Both the position numbers and the translations under genes were made by a program. Shown here in pieces: positions 30,795 through 41,806 of a stretch of DNA of 64,000 nucleotides. Position 1 is the first letter of the stretch, and each line of letters starts with the position of its first letter. Source of the stretch: Sedimentisphaerales bacterium (GTDB taxonomy: Bacteria > Planctomycetota > Phycisphaerae > Sedimentisphaerales > SM23-30); assembly GCA_963666285.1 (NCBI GenBank), contig OY762711.1, one strand, 5' to 3'. Under the pieces are notes generated by a model, which was given only the letters and a program-made list of their open reading frames with translations, was not told where the DNA came from and made no database searches.

Positions 30795-31401
30795 GGCCTA
30801 CCTCCTTTCGAACTTTATTAGTAAGTTTTTTATTATTGTCGTGTTTGTTCATCAATTTACGCAATTTATCGAGTCCACGGGAAATTCTGCTTCGAGCGGT
30901 AGCTGCGCTGCAGCCGACAATATCGGCAATATCCTCAGATTTCATTTGTTCAAAATAACGTAAAGTGATAACAGTCTGGTAATCTGGTTTTAGTTTAGAA
31001 ATAGCGATTTTCAGATTGAGTAGATTTTGCGAGTTCTGAGAATTATCATTCTCAGTATAACAGTTGGGTGCAGTATGGCTGAGATCTTGCAGAATTTCAT
31101 TTCTGCGTCTGTTTTGTTTGATATAGCTGTTGATCTGGTTGGTCGCGATACGAAACAGCCAGCTGCCGAATTTGCTGTCGTCGCCATTAAACTGGTAAAT
31201 ATTTTCCATGGCTTTAACGAAAACAATAGCAGTAATATCTTCGGCGGTGGAGCGGTCGAATAATCGATGTTGACAATAGCGAAATACCTGGTCGTAATGA
31301 CGGCGGTAAAGTTCGATAAAAGCCTGCCGATTGCGTTTGGCACGATCAACCAGTGACCGGTCTGAAATTTTCAATTGTGGAGAGGCCTCTCCGTCTGACA
31401 T
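30787..31401 (-). CDS. ECF sigma-70 factor
   Basis: AEDITAIVF, FGSWLFRIATN, LRYFEQMKSEDIA, TARSRISRG. Confidence 0.92.
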   Translation of the reverse strand: MSDGEASPQLKISDRSLVDRAKRNRQAFIELYRRHYDQVFRYCQHRLFDRSTAEDITAIVFVKAMENIYQFNGDDSKFGSWLFRIATNQINSYIKQNRRRNEILQDLSHTAPNCYTENDNSQNSQNLLNLKIAISKLKPDYQTVITLRYFEQMKSEDIADIVGCSAATARSRISRGLDKLRKLMNKHDNNKKLTNKVRKEVGLV

Positions 31402-31631
31402 AATTTATACTCGCACTATTTTCAATTACTCATAATATATTGTAAATACATTATACGTAAAAGGTTAAGGATACTTAACTTACTTCTTTTTAGAAGTACC
31501 ATCTGTTACCGTAAATAATAACTGTCAAAAGGTAAAAATGCGGCAATAAATATAGAAAAAACAGAAAAATATCAAATAAGAGGCCTTTTAGCGATTTTTT
31601 CAACTTAAAAACTACGAAAATCAGGATGTGA

Positions 31632-32702
31632 TTATTTAATGTTTTTAAGGAATTCGACGAGTTTAATCTGGTTACGGCATCGCAGGATATTGTGGGTGTT
31701 GCTGCAGACCTTGAAATAAGTATCTCCGTTCAGGTAATCAGTCAAGAATCTGCATGCCAGAATATAGGTCATATACATGCCGCCAAACAGCAGGTGGTCT
31801 GTTTCGCATTTAGTGAGATAATCTTTGCCGCCGTCGATAAACCCTTCGATAATAGCTTCAATCATATCGAGTCTGAACATTTCATCAGGCAGTTCCATGT
31901 TTCTATCGTTATAAAAAGATGTGAGAGTAGACCTGATGATATCACCAATATCGTACATTACGATACCAGGCATAACGGTATCCAGGTCAATAACACAAAC
32001 CCCTTCACTGGTCTGGTCATCAATCATTATATTGTTGATTTTAGTATCATTGTGAGTAATTCTAACGGGTAGCTCCCCGGAATTTACCAGGTCAGAGATG
32101 ACATCAAAAATCCATCTATTATCCTGTATATATTTTACTTCAGTGATTACAGAGGGCAATCTGCCGGCAATGTTTTTTTTGACAGCTTCCTCAAATTGTC
32201 TGTATCTGGGTTTGCCATCGAGGAAGTTTGGTATGGTGTCGATTAAGGGTTCGCCGGGCAGGTCTGTAAGTTGAGAAATGAATTTGCTGACAGATTTTGA
32301 AGCTTCATAAGCCTGTTTGGTGTTATGATATTCATTGTGAGCGGTTGCCCCGTCAATAAATTTGCATAATCTCCAATAGTTGCCGTTATTATCCTTGTGG
32401 AAATATTCGCCATCATTACCACAGAAATAAAATCTCATTACCCTGCGATTAATATCCTCTATTCCCTGGTCTTCCAGCTTAATCCTGATATGTTCGGTAA
32501 CCCGAATAATATTAGTCATAACATCTTCGGGCCTGGTGAAGACATTATGATTGATTCTTTGCATGAAGTATTTTTTATCTGAGCTGCCACCGGCATGAAT
32601 AAGGTACGTGTCATTGATATTTCCATCACCGAATTCATTGCAGCTGATAAACTTTGATCCGGTGTCGAATTCACCGAAAATTGTATCTAAATTATGAAGC
32701 AT
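31632..32702 (-). CDS. APH-like sugar kinase (N-acetylhexosamine 1-kinase-like)
   Basis: GDGNINDTY, QRINHNVF, THNDTKINN, VIDLDTVMPG, RFLTDYLNGD. Confidence 0.8.
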   Translation of the reverse strand: MLHNLDTIFGEFDTGSKFISCNEFGDGNINDTYLIHAGGSSDKKYFMQRINHNVFTRPEDVMTNIIRVTEHIRIKLEDQGIEDINRRVMRFYFCGNDGEYFHKDNNGNYWRLCKFIDGATAHNEYHNTKQAYEASKSVSKFISQLTDLPGEPLIDTIPNFLDGKPRYRQFEEAVKKNIAGRLPSVITEVKYIQDNRWIFDVISDLVNSGELPVRITHNDTKINNIMIDDQTSEGVCVIDLDTVMPGIVMYDIGDIIRSTLTSFYNDRNMELPDEMFRLDMIEAIIEGFIDGGKDYLTKCETDHLLFGGMYMTYILACRFLTDYLNGDTYFKVCSNTHNILRCRNQIKLVEFLKNIK

Positions 32703-33071
32703 GGCCTAATATTTTACTTTATTATTAATAATTTGCACGAATATTCTGGTAATAAACTTTTGATATAATAACAGGTATTGTATTTGTGCTTGACAATTGC
32801 CGGTATCTAATATAGGATTGCCATAAGAGAAGGTTTTAAGTGTTAGGTATGAGTGTTTCCGGTTTGCTGGAAACAAAAAGTAATCTGTTAAATAGAAACG
32901 CTTGTGCTATGCGCATGCCGGTATCTGTAATTTTATCCGGTATATTTGAAAATTCTATATGTCCCTCAGTATTTATGAATTCCCTATATAAGATATGTAT
33001 TCTAAGGTGTTGGTAATACTTTAGTTATTTAACATTGGTTTATTGTTTTTTTGATATTTAGGAGCTTTGCA

Positions 33072-33986
33072 ATGGATAGAAGAAGTTTTATAGCCGCAGG
33101 AACAATAGCAGGAGCTGCCCTTGGTGCAGCAGCGTCAAGCAGTTCAGCTCAGCAGTTAGAAAATGGCACCCCATTTAAGTTGAAATATGCTCCACATCAT
33201 GGATTCTTTAAGCATCATGCCGGGGAAGACTATCTTAGCCAGCTGCAGTTTTCGGCAGAGGCAGGTTTCAGGGCATGGGAAGATAATAGTATGATGGGCC
33301 GACCTGTTGAATTGCAGACAAAGGCCGGTGCTTTGATGGAAAAGCTTGGAGTTGAAATGGGTGTTTTTGTTGCCCTTGCGGATTTCGGCAATAATGATAT
33401 GGTTACCAAGACAGATAAGGAATACCAGGATCATTTACGCGGTATAATGAAGAATGCGGTAGAGTGCGCCAAGCGAGTAAATGCAAAATGGTGTACGGTT
33501 GTCCCAGGAAAGGTTAATAATAAACTTGAACACGACTATCAAATGGCAAATTGTATTGAGAATCTGAAGGTTATGGCAGAAGTATGTGAGCCATCAGGCT
33601 TGGTTATGGTTCTCGAGTCTTTGAATTGGTGGGCTAATCATGACGGTTTATTTTTAACAAAGATACCACAGGCGTATCTTGTCTGTAAAGCAGTTGGAAG
33701 TCCATCATGTAAAATACTGGATGATTTATATCACCAGCAGATTCAGGAAGGCAACCTGATCCCTAATATGGAAAAGGCCTGGAGTGAGATAGCCTATATC
33801 CAGGTTGGTGATAATCCAGGCAGAAAAGAGCCGACATCAGGTGAGATTAATTATAAGAATATATTCAAGTGGCTGCATAATAAGGGCTACCAGGGTATTG
33901 TAGGGATGGAGCACGGTATGAGCAAAGGCGGCAAGGAAGGTGAAGCAGCCTTGATAAATGCGTACAGGGAATGTGATAGTTTTTGA
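33072..33986 (+). CDS. Tat-exported hydroxypyruvate isomerase-like TIM-barrel protein
   Basis: MDRRSF Tat motif; KILDDLYHQQI, DNPGRKEP, GEINY. Confidence 0.85.
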   Translation: MDRRSFIAAGTIAGAALGAAASSSSAQQLENGTPFKLKYAPHHGFFKHHAGEDYLSQLQFSAEAGFRAWEDNSMMGRPVELQTKAGALMEKLGVEMGVFVALADFGNNDMVTKTDKEYQDHLRGIMKNAVECAKRVNAKWCTVVPGKVNNKLEHDYQMANCIENLKVMAEVCEPSGLVMVLESLNWWANHDGLFLTKIPQAYLVCKAVGSPSCKILDDLYHQQIQEGNLIPNMEKAWSEIAYIQVGDNPGRKEPTSGEINYKNIFKWLHNKGYQGIVGMEHGMSKGGKEGEAALINAYRECDSF

Positions 33987-34000
33987 TAAGAGAGCGATAT

Positions 34001-34167
34001 TAAGGCAACCTCTGAAAATTGATTTTGAGCGACAAGTTTTTCTTTTGCCTGCTGACACGCATCGTATAAAACAGTGAATATAGCCCAATATGCACGATTT
34101 AATATTCCTTGTCAGCAACCAAAATCTTAAACTATTGCATCAAAAGCAATTTTCAGGGGTCACCTTA
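34001..34167. mobile_element. MITE-like element
   Basis: Terminal inverted repeats 34001-34028 / 34140-34167 (24/28 match); TTAA at both ends; no ORF. Confidence 0.65.
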
Positions 34168-34184
34168 ATCTTTAGTATAGAATT

Positions 34185-34985
34185 ATGAAATTGAGATATA
34201 TAATAATTATATTTCTGGCAAGCCTGTTGTTTTCCGGATGTCAGCTATTTAAGAAAAAAACTGTAGCAATGTATGATGACCGGATCATCGGCTGGTATAA
34301 ACTCAGCACTAAGACAATAGATGATGCTGTTGTAGAGGATGATGATACGCTTGTGCCGATACTAAAGCGCAATAAGCAATTTTATACAATTTGCCGTGGT
34401 TTTGAGATGCCATTGAATACATGTTCAGCCGGTCTGGAATGGGGTTTCACTCCATCCAGTATGGAAGGGACCATGTTTGTATTTTGCGGTCCGGGCTGGC
34501 CGTGTCATCTTAAGATATATGACAGGCAGAAGGCGGTTTTTGACTGGTATGAGCCAGGAAAGAAATACAAGCTGATAAAGGTTGCTGAGCCAGAAGGTCT
34601 GTCGTATACGGTTGAGTCAGCACCGGAAAATTCAGACGGTTTTATAGGAATATATCAGCCGGTATATTTCCCCTGGATGAGGGTGGAGATATCTAAGGAA
34701 GCTGACAAATATAATTATAAATATTCCGAGTTGAGGATAGTTCAGGAAGAGGCGAAATGGATAGCTATGGGAATGGCGGAAAGTGTATTGCCGCTGGATG
34801 AAGCCCAGGGTTTTCTGGTTATTTATCAGAAGGCAAAAAATTACTTGCTTTTCAGTAAGGAGCTTAGCAGATTTGAGGTGATAATTGGAAGTACGGGTTT
34901 GCGGATGCCAATGGTAAAGCTGACTTCTAGCGAAGAAACACCTCAAGTGCCAAAAGTTAATCTTGGCATACCAAGCTGGAATTAG
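34185..34985 (+). CDS. Hypothetical lipoprotein
   Basis: Lipobox LFSGC. Confidence 0.7.
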   Translation: MKLRYIIIIFLASLLFSGCQLFKKKTVAMYDDRIIGWYKLSTKTIDDAVVEDDDTLVPILKRNKQFYTICRGFEMPLNTCSAGLEWGFTPSSMEGTMFVFCGPGWPCHLKIYDRQKAVFDWYEPGKKYKLIKVAEPEGLSYTVESAPENSDGFIGIYQPVYFPWMRVEISKEADKYNYKYSELRIVQEEAKWIAMGMAESVLPLDEAQGFLVIYQKAKNYLLFSKELSRFEVIIGSTGLRMPMVKLTSSEETPQVPKVNLGIPSWN

Positions 34986-35205
34986 ATTGTTTGATATAAG
35001 ATTATAAAATATAGTGCTTTACAGAAGATGAGTTTGAATGTTTTGATAATATGTAAAGAGTTCATTTTGAAATGTAGACATTTTGGTTTCGGTTTGCTAG
35101 AATGATCTCCAAACTGCAGCATCTTGCCTGTGACTAGACTTTCAAATTCCGGCTCATATGTTTAAGAAAGAATCTTTATATTATCGATTAACAAAGGAAA
35201 AAAGT

Positions 35206-37647
35206 ATGAGATTTAAGTGTGTATTGTTATTTTTGGCATTTGTTTTTGCATCGAGTTCTATTTTAGATGCAGAGACGGTAAAGATGGTTCCATTTCAAAA
35301 GGTTAAAATGGATGATTCTGTCTGGCAGCCGAGAATAAAAATGCTGGTAAAAGATACTCTTCCCCATGCTTTTAAGAATACAGAAGTCGGTTTGAACCGG
35401 TTGCGTATGTGTGCAGAATACCAGGAGAAAAGCGGAGGTCCCAAGCCGGAGGCTCATCGTTTTAATACATCCGATCTGTATAAGGTAATGGAGGGCGGTG
35501 CGATGATGATCCAGGCTGAGCCTAATCCAGAGATAGAAGAGCTGATGGATAAGGCAGTGGATATTATCGCCCGGGCACAGCAGGAAGATGGATATCTTTA
35601 CGTTTCGCATATATGCGGTAATCCCATAGAGCATGAAATGGGGCCAAGGCCTTATTCTTACGTTGTCCACAGTCACGAGCTTTATAATATTGGTCATTTA
35701 TACGAAGCGGCGGTTGCTTATGCCCAGGCAACCGGCAAAACTAAACTGCTTGATGTAGCAGAGAAAAGTGCTCAGCATGTCAACAGGGTATTCTTTGAAG
35801 GCGATCCACGTTATAATGACGGCAAACCTGTTATGCAGGCACCCGGCCACGAGGAAATCGAATTGGGGCTGGTAAAGTTATATAATTATACCGGTAAGCA
35901 ATTGTATCTGGATATGGCCAGGAAATTTCTTGATATTCGTGGAGTTACATATGTTCCTAATGGTTCAAGAATAAATTCACCTGAATATGCGCAGCAGCAT
36001 GCGGCAGTTTCAAAGCAGACAGAAGCGGTTGGTCATGCCGTGCGTGCAACATATTTATATGCGGCAATGGCGGAAGTTGACAGCCTGTTGAATTCAGATA
36101 AATATTCAAATGCATTAAATTCTATCTGGCATAATATTGTTGATACCAAGATGCATATAAGCGGCGGTCTGGGAGCAGTTCATGGAATTGAAGGCTTTGG
36201 CCCAAGCTATGTGCTGCCGAATAGAAATACATACCTTGAGACATGTGCGGCAGTTGGTAATGTCTTTTTTAATATGAGAATGTTTCTGAAATATCACGAT
36301 GCCAAGTATGTGGATGTGGCAGAGGTGGCATTGTTGAATAATTGTTTGAGCGGCATAGGTCTTGATGGAAAGAGCTTTTTCTATCCAAACCCGTTGGAAG
36401 CAGATTTCGATCATAACCCGCGTTCGGGCTGGTTTGGTTGTGCGTGTTGTCCGTCAAATATTGCCAGATTGATACCACAGGTTTCTGGATATATGTATGC
36501 TACAGATGGCAAACAGCTGTGGTGTGCCTTGTATGGAAGTAACGAAACCAGTATCAATCTTAATGGAACAGATGTCAATATTAAGCAGAAGACAGAGTAT
36601 CCTTATGACGGCAGGATTATGTTTAATGTTGACCCTGTCGATTCAGTTCAATTTGATCTGAACCTGCGTATACCAACCTGGGTAGGCAACCAGTTTGTTC
36701 CAGGTGAGTTGTATAGCTATGCCGGCAGCCCGACATATTGGAGTTTGAAGGTTAACGGCAAAAAAGTTCGTTCGACAGTGAATAAGGGGTTTGTCTCTCT
36801 GGGCAGAACATGGAAAAAAGGAGATGTAGTTGAGCTTGTATTTGATATGCCAGTCAGGTTAAATACCTGTATTGACGAAGTGAAGGCAAATAATGATCGT
36901 GTTTCATTCACTCGCGGCCCTTTGCTGTATTGTGCAGAAGGAGTTGATAATGGCGGTGCGGTACAAAGGTTTTATATAGAACCAGAGAAGGTTTTAAATG
37001 GTGCAAAAATAAAAGAAATACAAAATGGTGTTTTAGTCGGTTTGCCTCAGATTATTATTCCGGCCAAGCAGAACCAGGGTAAATATTTTTCCGATACCAA
37101 GGTAAAGTTGATACCTTATTATGCATGGAGCAACCGTGACCGCAGTTCAATGATTACCTGGTTTGGCACAAAAGCTTCAATGACCCAACCTGATCCGAGG
37201 AGTCCCGGAGCAATGAAGTTTGCGGCGGTGAAAGCTTCGCATACATGGAGTGGTGATACGACAGATGCTATTCGTCTGCGAAATAATCCAGAGTCTTCAG
37301 CTGATACCTCAATCAGGCGGTGGACCAGCTGGCCGCAGAAAGGCAAAGCTCAGTGGGTGGAAATTTTGCTGGAGAAAGAAAGTACAATCACTGAAGTCGG
37401 TGTGTACTGGTATAACGATAATGGCGGAGTGCAGCTACCGGGTAAATGGCATATTGAAGTGCCGGCTAACGGAGGTTGGCAGAAGCTGGATATATATAAT
37501 ACAGATCAGTACAGCTACCTGGCGGACTGTTATAATATGGTTCATCCTGCCGAATTGCTAAAGACAGATAAGATTCGTTTAGTGATGGAACCGGTCCATG
37601 ATCAGACTTGTGTAGGTATATTATCCTTGAATATAGGAATTGAATAA
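35206..37647 (+). CDS. GH127 beta-L-arabinofuranosidase-like enzyme with C-terminal discoidin-like domain
   Basis: SHELYNIGHL, GHEEIELGL, GHAVRA, ETCAAVG, FFYPNPLE, CACCPSN. Confidence 0.9.
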   Translation: MRFKCVLLFLAFVFASSSILDAETVKMVPFQKVKMDDSVWQPRIKMLVKDTLPHAFKNTEVGLNRLRMCAEYQEKSGGPKPEAHRFNTSDLYKVMEGGAMMIQAEPNPEIEELMDKAVDIIARAQQEDGYLYVSHICGNPIEHEMGPRPYSYVVHSHELYNIGHLYEAAVAYAQATGKTKLLDVAEKSAQHVNRVFFEGDPRYNDGKPVMQAPGHEEIELGLVKLYNYTGKQLYLDMARKFLDIRGVTYVPNGSRINSPEYAQQHAAVSKQTEAVGHAVRATYLYAAMAEVDSLLNSDKYSNALNSIWHNIVDTKMHISGGLGAVHGIEGFGPSYVLPNRNTYLETCAAVGNVFFNMRMFLKYHDAKYVDVAEVALLNNCLSGIGLDGKSFFYPNPLEADFDHNPRSGWFGCACCPSNIARLIPQVSGYMYATDGKQLWCALYGSNETSINLNGTDVNIKQKTEYPYDGRIMFNVDPVDSVQFDLNLRIPTWVGNQFVPGELYSYAGSPTYWSLKVNGKKVRSTVNKGFVSLGRTWKKGDVVELVFDMPVRLNTCIDEVKANNDRVSFTRGPLLYCAEGVDNGGAVQRFYIEPEKVLNGAKIKEIQNGVLVGLPQIIIPAKQNQGKYFSDTKVKLIPYYAWSNRDRSSMITWFGTKASMTQPDPRSPGAMKFAAVKASHTWSGDTTDAIRLRNNPESSADTSIRRWTSWPQKGKAQWVEILLEKESTITEVGVYWYNDNGGVQLPGKWHIEVPANGGWQKLDIYNTDQYSYLADCYNMVHPAELLKTDKIRLVMEPVHDQTCVGILSLNIGIE

Positions 37648-37725
37648 AATGGAATTGGTTAGCATGTAGTTAGCTGATTAAATCGCGTAATTGTTTTATA
37701 TTGCTCAAAGAGATTGGAGTTTTAC

Positions 37726-38997
37726 ATGGAAAAAGGCGTTAATCGAAGAGATTTTGTAAAAAGTGCTGCAGCGGTGTCTCTTGGCAGTGTTTTAATTTCA
37801 GGCAGTAATTTATTTGCTGCCGGTTCTGATAGTATTCGTGTGGCTGTCGTAGGCTGCGGCGGTCGGGGTACAGGAGCCCTGGGTGATTTTCTTAACGCCG
37901 CCAAGCATATGAATATGCAGGTTGAGGTGGTAGGCCTGGCAGATTACTTCATGGGGCGTGCAAAGGGAGCAGCTCAGAAATACGGCATATCAGAAGATCT
38001 ATGTATCGAAGGGCCGCTGGCATATAAAGATATCATGAAGACAAATGCAGATATTGTAATCCTGGCAACACCGCCAATTTTCCGGCCAGTTCATTTTGAA
38101 GCAGCTGTTAATGCCGGAAAGCATGTGTTTATGGAAAAACCAGTAGCAGTTGACCTTCCCGGTATACGCCAGATAATAGCAGCCGGCAAGATTGCTTCTG
38201 AGAAAAAGCTAAGCGTTATAGCCGGAACTCAGCGTCGTCACCAGCAGCAATATGTTGAAACATACAATGCTATTCAGGCTGGAGCAATCGGCAAGATTCG
38301 TGCTGCTAATGTCTGGTGGTGCGGCGGTAAACTATGGTATCAAAAACGTAATCCGGGCGAAGATGATGCATCTTACCTGATTCGAAACTGGGTGAGTTTT
38401 GCAGAGATGTCCGGCGATCATATTGTTGAGCAGCATATTCATAATATTGATGTAGCGAACTGGTTTATCGGCAGGACACCAAAGGAAGCTAATGGTTTTG
38501 GCGGTCGTGCCCGCAGGCAGACAGGTAACCAGTTTGATTTCTTCAGTATCGATTTTGACTATGGAGATGATGTAAAGGTTCATAGCATGTGTCGTCAGAT
38601 TGATGGATGCTATACCCGAGTTTCAGAGAATTTTGTTGGTACTGATGGTTCAACATGGGGCAGTGGTCCTGACAGTCAGGGATATGCTAATAATGTTACC
38701 TATGCAAAGATGCAGGGGTATGTTGGTAATCCTTATGTACAGGAGCATGTTGATCTGTTAAAGAGCATTGTTGGTGGTAAAGCAGTGAATGTGTCGGAAG
38801 ATGTGGCAGCATCAAATGCGACAGCGATTATGGGTCGAATCAGTGCCTATACCGGTAACCTGGTGCGTTGGAAAGATATTATGGAAAACGAGAAATCTCC
38901 ATATTACAATATGGCAATGAGTCCCGGGCCGTTAGATTTCGAGACAGGCAGTGTAAAGGCACCGGCTGATGATGTTGCTCCTGTGCCAGGTAAATGA
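37726..38997 (+). CDS. Tat-exported Gfo/Idh/MocA oxidoreductase
   Basis: NRRDFVK; GCGGRGTGA; HVFMEKPVA; EQHIHNID. Confidence 0.9.
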   Translation: MEKGVNRRDFVKSAAAVSLGSVLISGSNLFAAGSDSIRVAVVGCGGRGTGALGDFLNAAKHMNMQVEVVGLADYFMGRAKGAAQKYGISEDLCIEGPLAYKDIMKTNADIVILATPPIFRPVHFEAAVNAGKHVFMEKPVAVDLPGIRQIIAAGKIASEKKLSVIAGTQRRHQQQYVETYNAIQAGAIGKIRAANVWWCGGKLWYQKRNPGEDDASYLIRNWVSFAEMSGDHIVEQHIHNIDVANWFIGRTPKEANGFGGRARRQTGNQFDFFSIDFDYGDDVKVHSMCRQIDGCYTRVSENFVGTDGSTWGSGPDSQGYANNVTYAKMQGYVGNPYVQEHVDLLKSIVGGKAVNVSEDVAASNATAIMGRISAYTGNLVRWKDIMENEKSPYYNMAMSPGPLDFETGSVKAPADDVAPVPGK

Positions 38998-39044
38998 GTT
39001 CAGGTTTGACACTTTTTGAGTGTGTGAAGATATATACAAACTAG

Positions 39045-39084
39045 AAATATTCGGGCTGAAAATATATTTGGCCCGGATATTTTT
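39045..39084 (+). terminator. Probable terminator
   Basis: aaatattcgggc...gcccggatatttt. Confidence 0.55.
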
Positions 39085-39568
39085 GTATATTTAGTCCTAT
39101 AAGCGACAATCGAAGCCCGTTTTTTTGTTGGGGAAGCTCAATGTGTGTCCCATAACTAATTCCTTAAAATAATACGCTTATAATGCGTTTTATAGGCTGG
39201 TTTTAAGAAAAGGTAGGTGAATACACTTATTTCGTACTAAGTGTCATGGGTGGGTTTCAAGTTTAAGGTATTAGCTAATTGCCATTATGTGGCGAATATT
39301 AGAGATATTATTGGACATATGTGTATTGGTTAAAAAAACAGGGTACTCAAACCGATTCTGCGACGTGCAGTTTGAATACCCCTTATAAGAGAGAAGAAGT
39401 TGTTAAGTTAGTATTACAATCGGTGAGGAGGGTAGGGAACTTAATAAAAAATTATAAGTTTTCTTCAAAAAAAGTATCTTTTTGACAAGTTCTTTTATTT
39501 TGAAAGGTTAATCAATAGCCAAATTAGTATATCGGGGCCCTCAATTATAAATTTTGTTGAAATTCAAT

Positions 39569-39601
39569 TTGACAAAGCTTATACATAGCACTACAATGTA
39601 T
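39569..39601 (+). promoter_or_regulatory. Sigma70 promoter of padR with an overlapping dyad (possible autoregulatory operator)
   Basis: TTGACA 39569-N17-TACAAT 39592; dyad atacat...atgtat 39581-39601. Confidence 0.6.
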
Positions 39602-39630
39602 AAGTGTGCTAGGTATTAAGGAGTATTAGT

Positions 39631-39972
39631 ATGAGTATATCAAAAGATTTAGTAGCAGCTTCTGCGACTCCGATGGTTCTGTCAATATTGTCAGAAGGGC
39701 CAAACTATGGCTATGCTATTATAAAAAGAGTTCATGATTTGTCCGGTGGGCAATTGCAGTGGACTGATGGGATGTTGTATCCTGTTCTGCATCGACTCGA
39801 GAAACAAGGATTGATTGAAGCTGAATGGGGTAAGTCTGAGGAAGGGCGAAAGCGAAAGTATTATCATATCAAAAAACAGGGAACCGAAAGGCTTGTTGGC
39901 CAGAAGGCTCAATGGGAAGCGGTTTATTCAACATTAAGACAACTATGGGAGGACAAACCATGTTTGACCTGA
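39631..39972 (+). CDS. PadR-family regulator
   Basis: NYGYAII, GMLYPVLHRLE, GRKRKYY. Confidence 0.92.
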   Translation: MSISKDLVAASATPMVLSILSEGPNYGYAIIKRVHDLSGGQLQWTDGMLYPVLHRLEKQGLIEAEWGKSEEGRKRKYYHIKKQGTERLVGQKAQWEAVYSTLRQLWEDKPCLT

Positions 39973-40655
39973 ATAAAGAAGTTGCAAAATGGAAAAAGAC
40001 TTTATGTGTAAATGATACATGCAGTGCGGCAGATGTTATTGAGCTGGAGAGCCATCTTTATGATTCGATGGCAGAGCTGAAAGCTAAAGGCCTAACAGAG
40101 CAGGAGGCATTTTATATAGCATTGCACAGGCTTGGGAGTCCGGATGTATTGGCTCATGAATACGGAAAAGTAAATGGCTCAAGAAGTTTATTGAATAAGC
40201 TAGTATATGCCGGGTTAGGTATTGTGGTATTAAATATAATATCTAATCTTAGTTCTATTTTGACAAATGGAATTCGAGTTTTATCATTTAGTATAGGCTT
40301 CAGGCCGAAAGATGTGGCATACCTGGGTATTGCAGCGCAGATAATTATTTTATTGTCTGTGCTGATATGCTGTTATTTTCTGTTAAAATATAAACGGTAT
40401 GGTATTGGAACTTTTTTGAGTAGTGTTTTTGGTAAAGTGTCTTTGGTGTTTCTTACTTTAGTACTGGTTGTTGGAAGTAGAGTATCGTCAATGTTAGAAT
40501 CGCTGTTATTGGTGCGTTCTATTGGAGCTTCTGAATTTGGCCAGATTTCACTTATTTCAAACTATTTCTACTTTGGTTATTCAATTGTATTTCCTATGGT
40601 GATAGTCATATTTGTTATGGTTTTTTGGCACAAAAACAGTGTTGTAAAAGGTTGA
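39960..40655 (+). CDS. Membrane protein with permease-prefix-type N-terminal domain (PadR partner)
   Basis: ELESHL...GLTEQEAF...RLG..LAHEY followed by several TM helices; overlaps padR. Confidence 0.75.
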   Translation: MFDLNKEVAKWKKTLCVNDTCSAADVIELESHLYDSMAELKAKGLTEQEAFYIALHRLGSPDVLAHEYGKVNGSRSLLNKLVYAGLGIVVLNIISNLSSILTNGIRVLSFSIGFRPKDVAYLGIAAQIIILLSVLICCYFLLKYKRYGIGTFLSSVFGKVSLVFLTLVLVVGSRVSSMLESLLLVRSIGASEFGQISLISNYFYFGYSIVFPMVIVIFVMVFWHKNSVVKG

Positions 40656-40672
40656 TGTTGGGTTAGATGGCA

Positions 40673-41806
40673 TTAGATTCTTGGTTTTCTAATAGTCTGG
40701 TCCTGATGCCTGGCGATATTGATAAGCAATCCCAGGGCAATAAAGTTGCAAACCAGACTGGTACCGCCGTAGCTGATAAACGGCAGAGTCATGCCGGTAA
40801 CAGGTGCCAGGCCGATAGTCATTGAGACGTTGACAAAGGTTTGAGCGGCGATAATCGCTGCGATACCAACGGCAACTAATTTACCGAATGGGTCTTTTTG
40901 TTCTGACGCTATTTCAGCGGCGCCAATGATAATAAGCAGATATAATCCCAGGATTGAGCTGCAGCCGACAATACCCCACTGGTGGCCAATCATAGCAAAG
41001 ATAAAGTCGTTATGTCTGTCGGGCAGGAAGTCGTATTTAACAAACAGGCCATCTTGACGCTGGCCGCTGATACCACCGGATCCGATACACATTTTTGACT
41101 TGTGCAGCTGGTAGCCTTTATCGTTGAGCCAGTCTACATCGGTAGTGTTTTGTTTGATGAGTCCTAAGATTCGCATTTTCTGATAATCTTTCATGAATAA
41201 GAGTCCCAGGGGAGATATCAGTAATGCAATCAATATTACCATGACAATATGCTTAATCTTTGTGCCTGCCATGAAGATCATGGCGAATAAGGTTGGGATG
41301 AAAAGCAATACTGTTCCCAGGTCAGGTTCCAGCAGAATCAGTACCATCGGGACGGCGCCCAGGATGAATGGGAATATGATGCCGTTTTTGAATAAAGAGC
41401 ATTCTCTATCCTTTAGGAACCAGGCCAGAGAGAGGATGTATGACAGTTTTGCCAATTCGGAAGGCTGTATTCTGAATCCGGCAAGGTTAATCCATCTGTA
41501 TGAGCCGCCGATCATGGGAACCAGGGAAGCGATACCAAGGTATTTACCAGCCAGTACAAGAGCCAGTAAAGCAATGGTTATCATATAGAGTAAGCTGCTC
41601 ATCCGGCCTAATTTTTTATAAGGTATATTAGCTGTGGTTAGTAATGCAAAGAAAGAGATACCGAGCCAGAAAATTTGTTTCATAAACTTGTTGGTATGGC
41701 CACTGGCATAAATACATGCCAGTCCGGTTCCAACAAGTCCGACAACAGCTAAGAGCATGATGAGTCTTAGCCCGCCAAGTTTTCCATTCCATATCAGGTT
41801 TAACAT
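40673..41806 (-). CDS. rodA: SEDS family protein RodA/FtsW
   Basis: IQPSELAK, EPDLGT, GYQ, HNDFIF, TGMTLPFISYGGTS. Confidence 0.85.
   Translation of the reverse strand: MLNLIWNGKLGGLRLIMLLAVVGLVGTGLACIYASGHTNKFMKQIFWLGISFFALLTTANIPYKKLGRMSSLLYMITIALLALVLAGKYLGIASLVPMIGGSYRWINLAGFRIQPSELAKLSYILSLAWFLKDRECSLFKNGIIFPFILGAVPMVLILLEPDLGTVLLFIPTLFAMIFMAGTKIKHIVMVILIALLISPLGLLFMKDYQKMRILGLIKQNTTDVDWLNDKGYQLHKSKMCIGSGGISGQRQDGLFVKYDFLPDRHNDFIFAMIGHQWGIVGCSSILGLYLLIIIGAAEIASEQKDPFGKLVAVGIAAIIAAQTFVNVSMTIGLAPVTGMTLPFISYGGTSLVCNFIALGLLINIARHQDQTIRKPRI

Noticed and set aside
39090..39450. Possible MITE or ncRNA in a long intergenic region
   Set aside because: Only a weak terminal dyad and one hairpin (39341-39382); insufficient support
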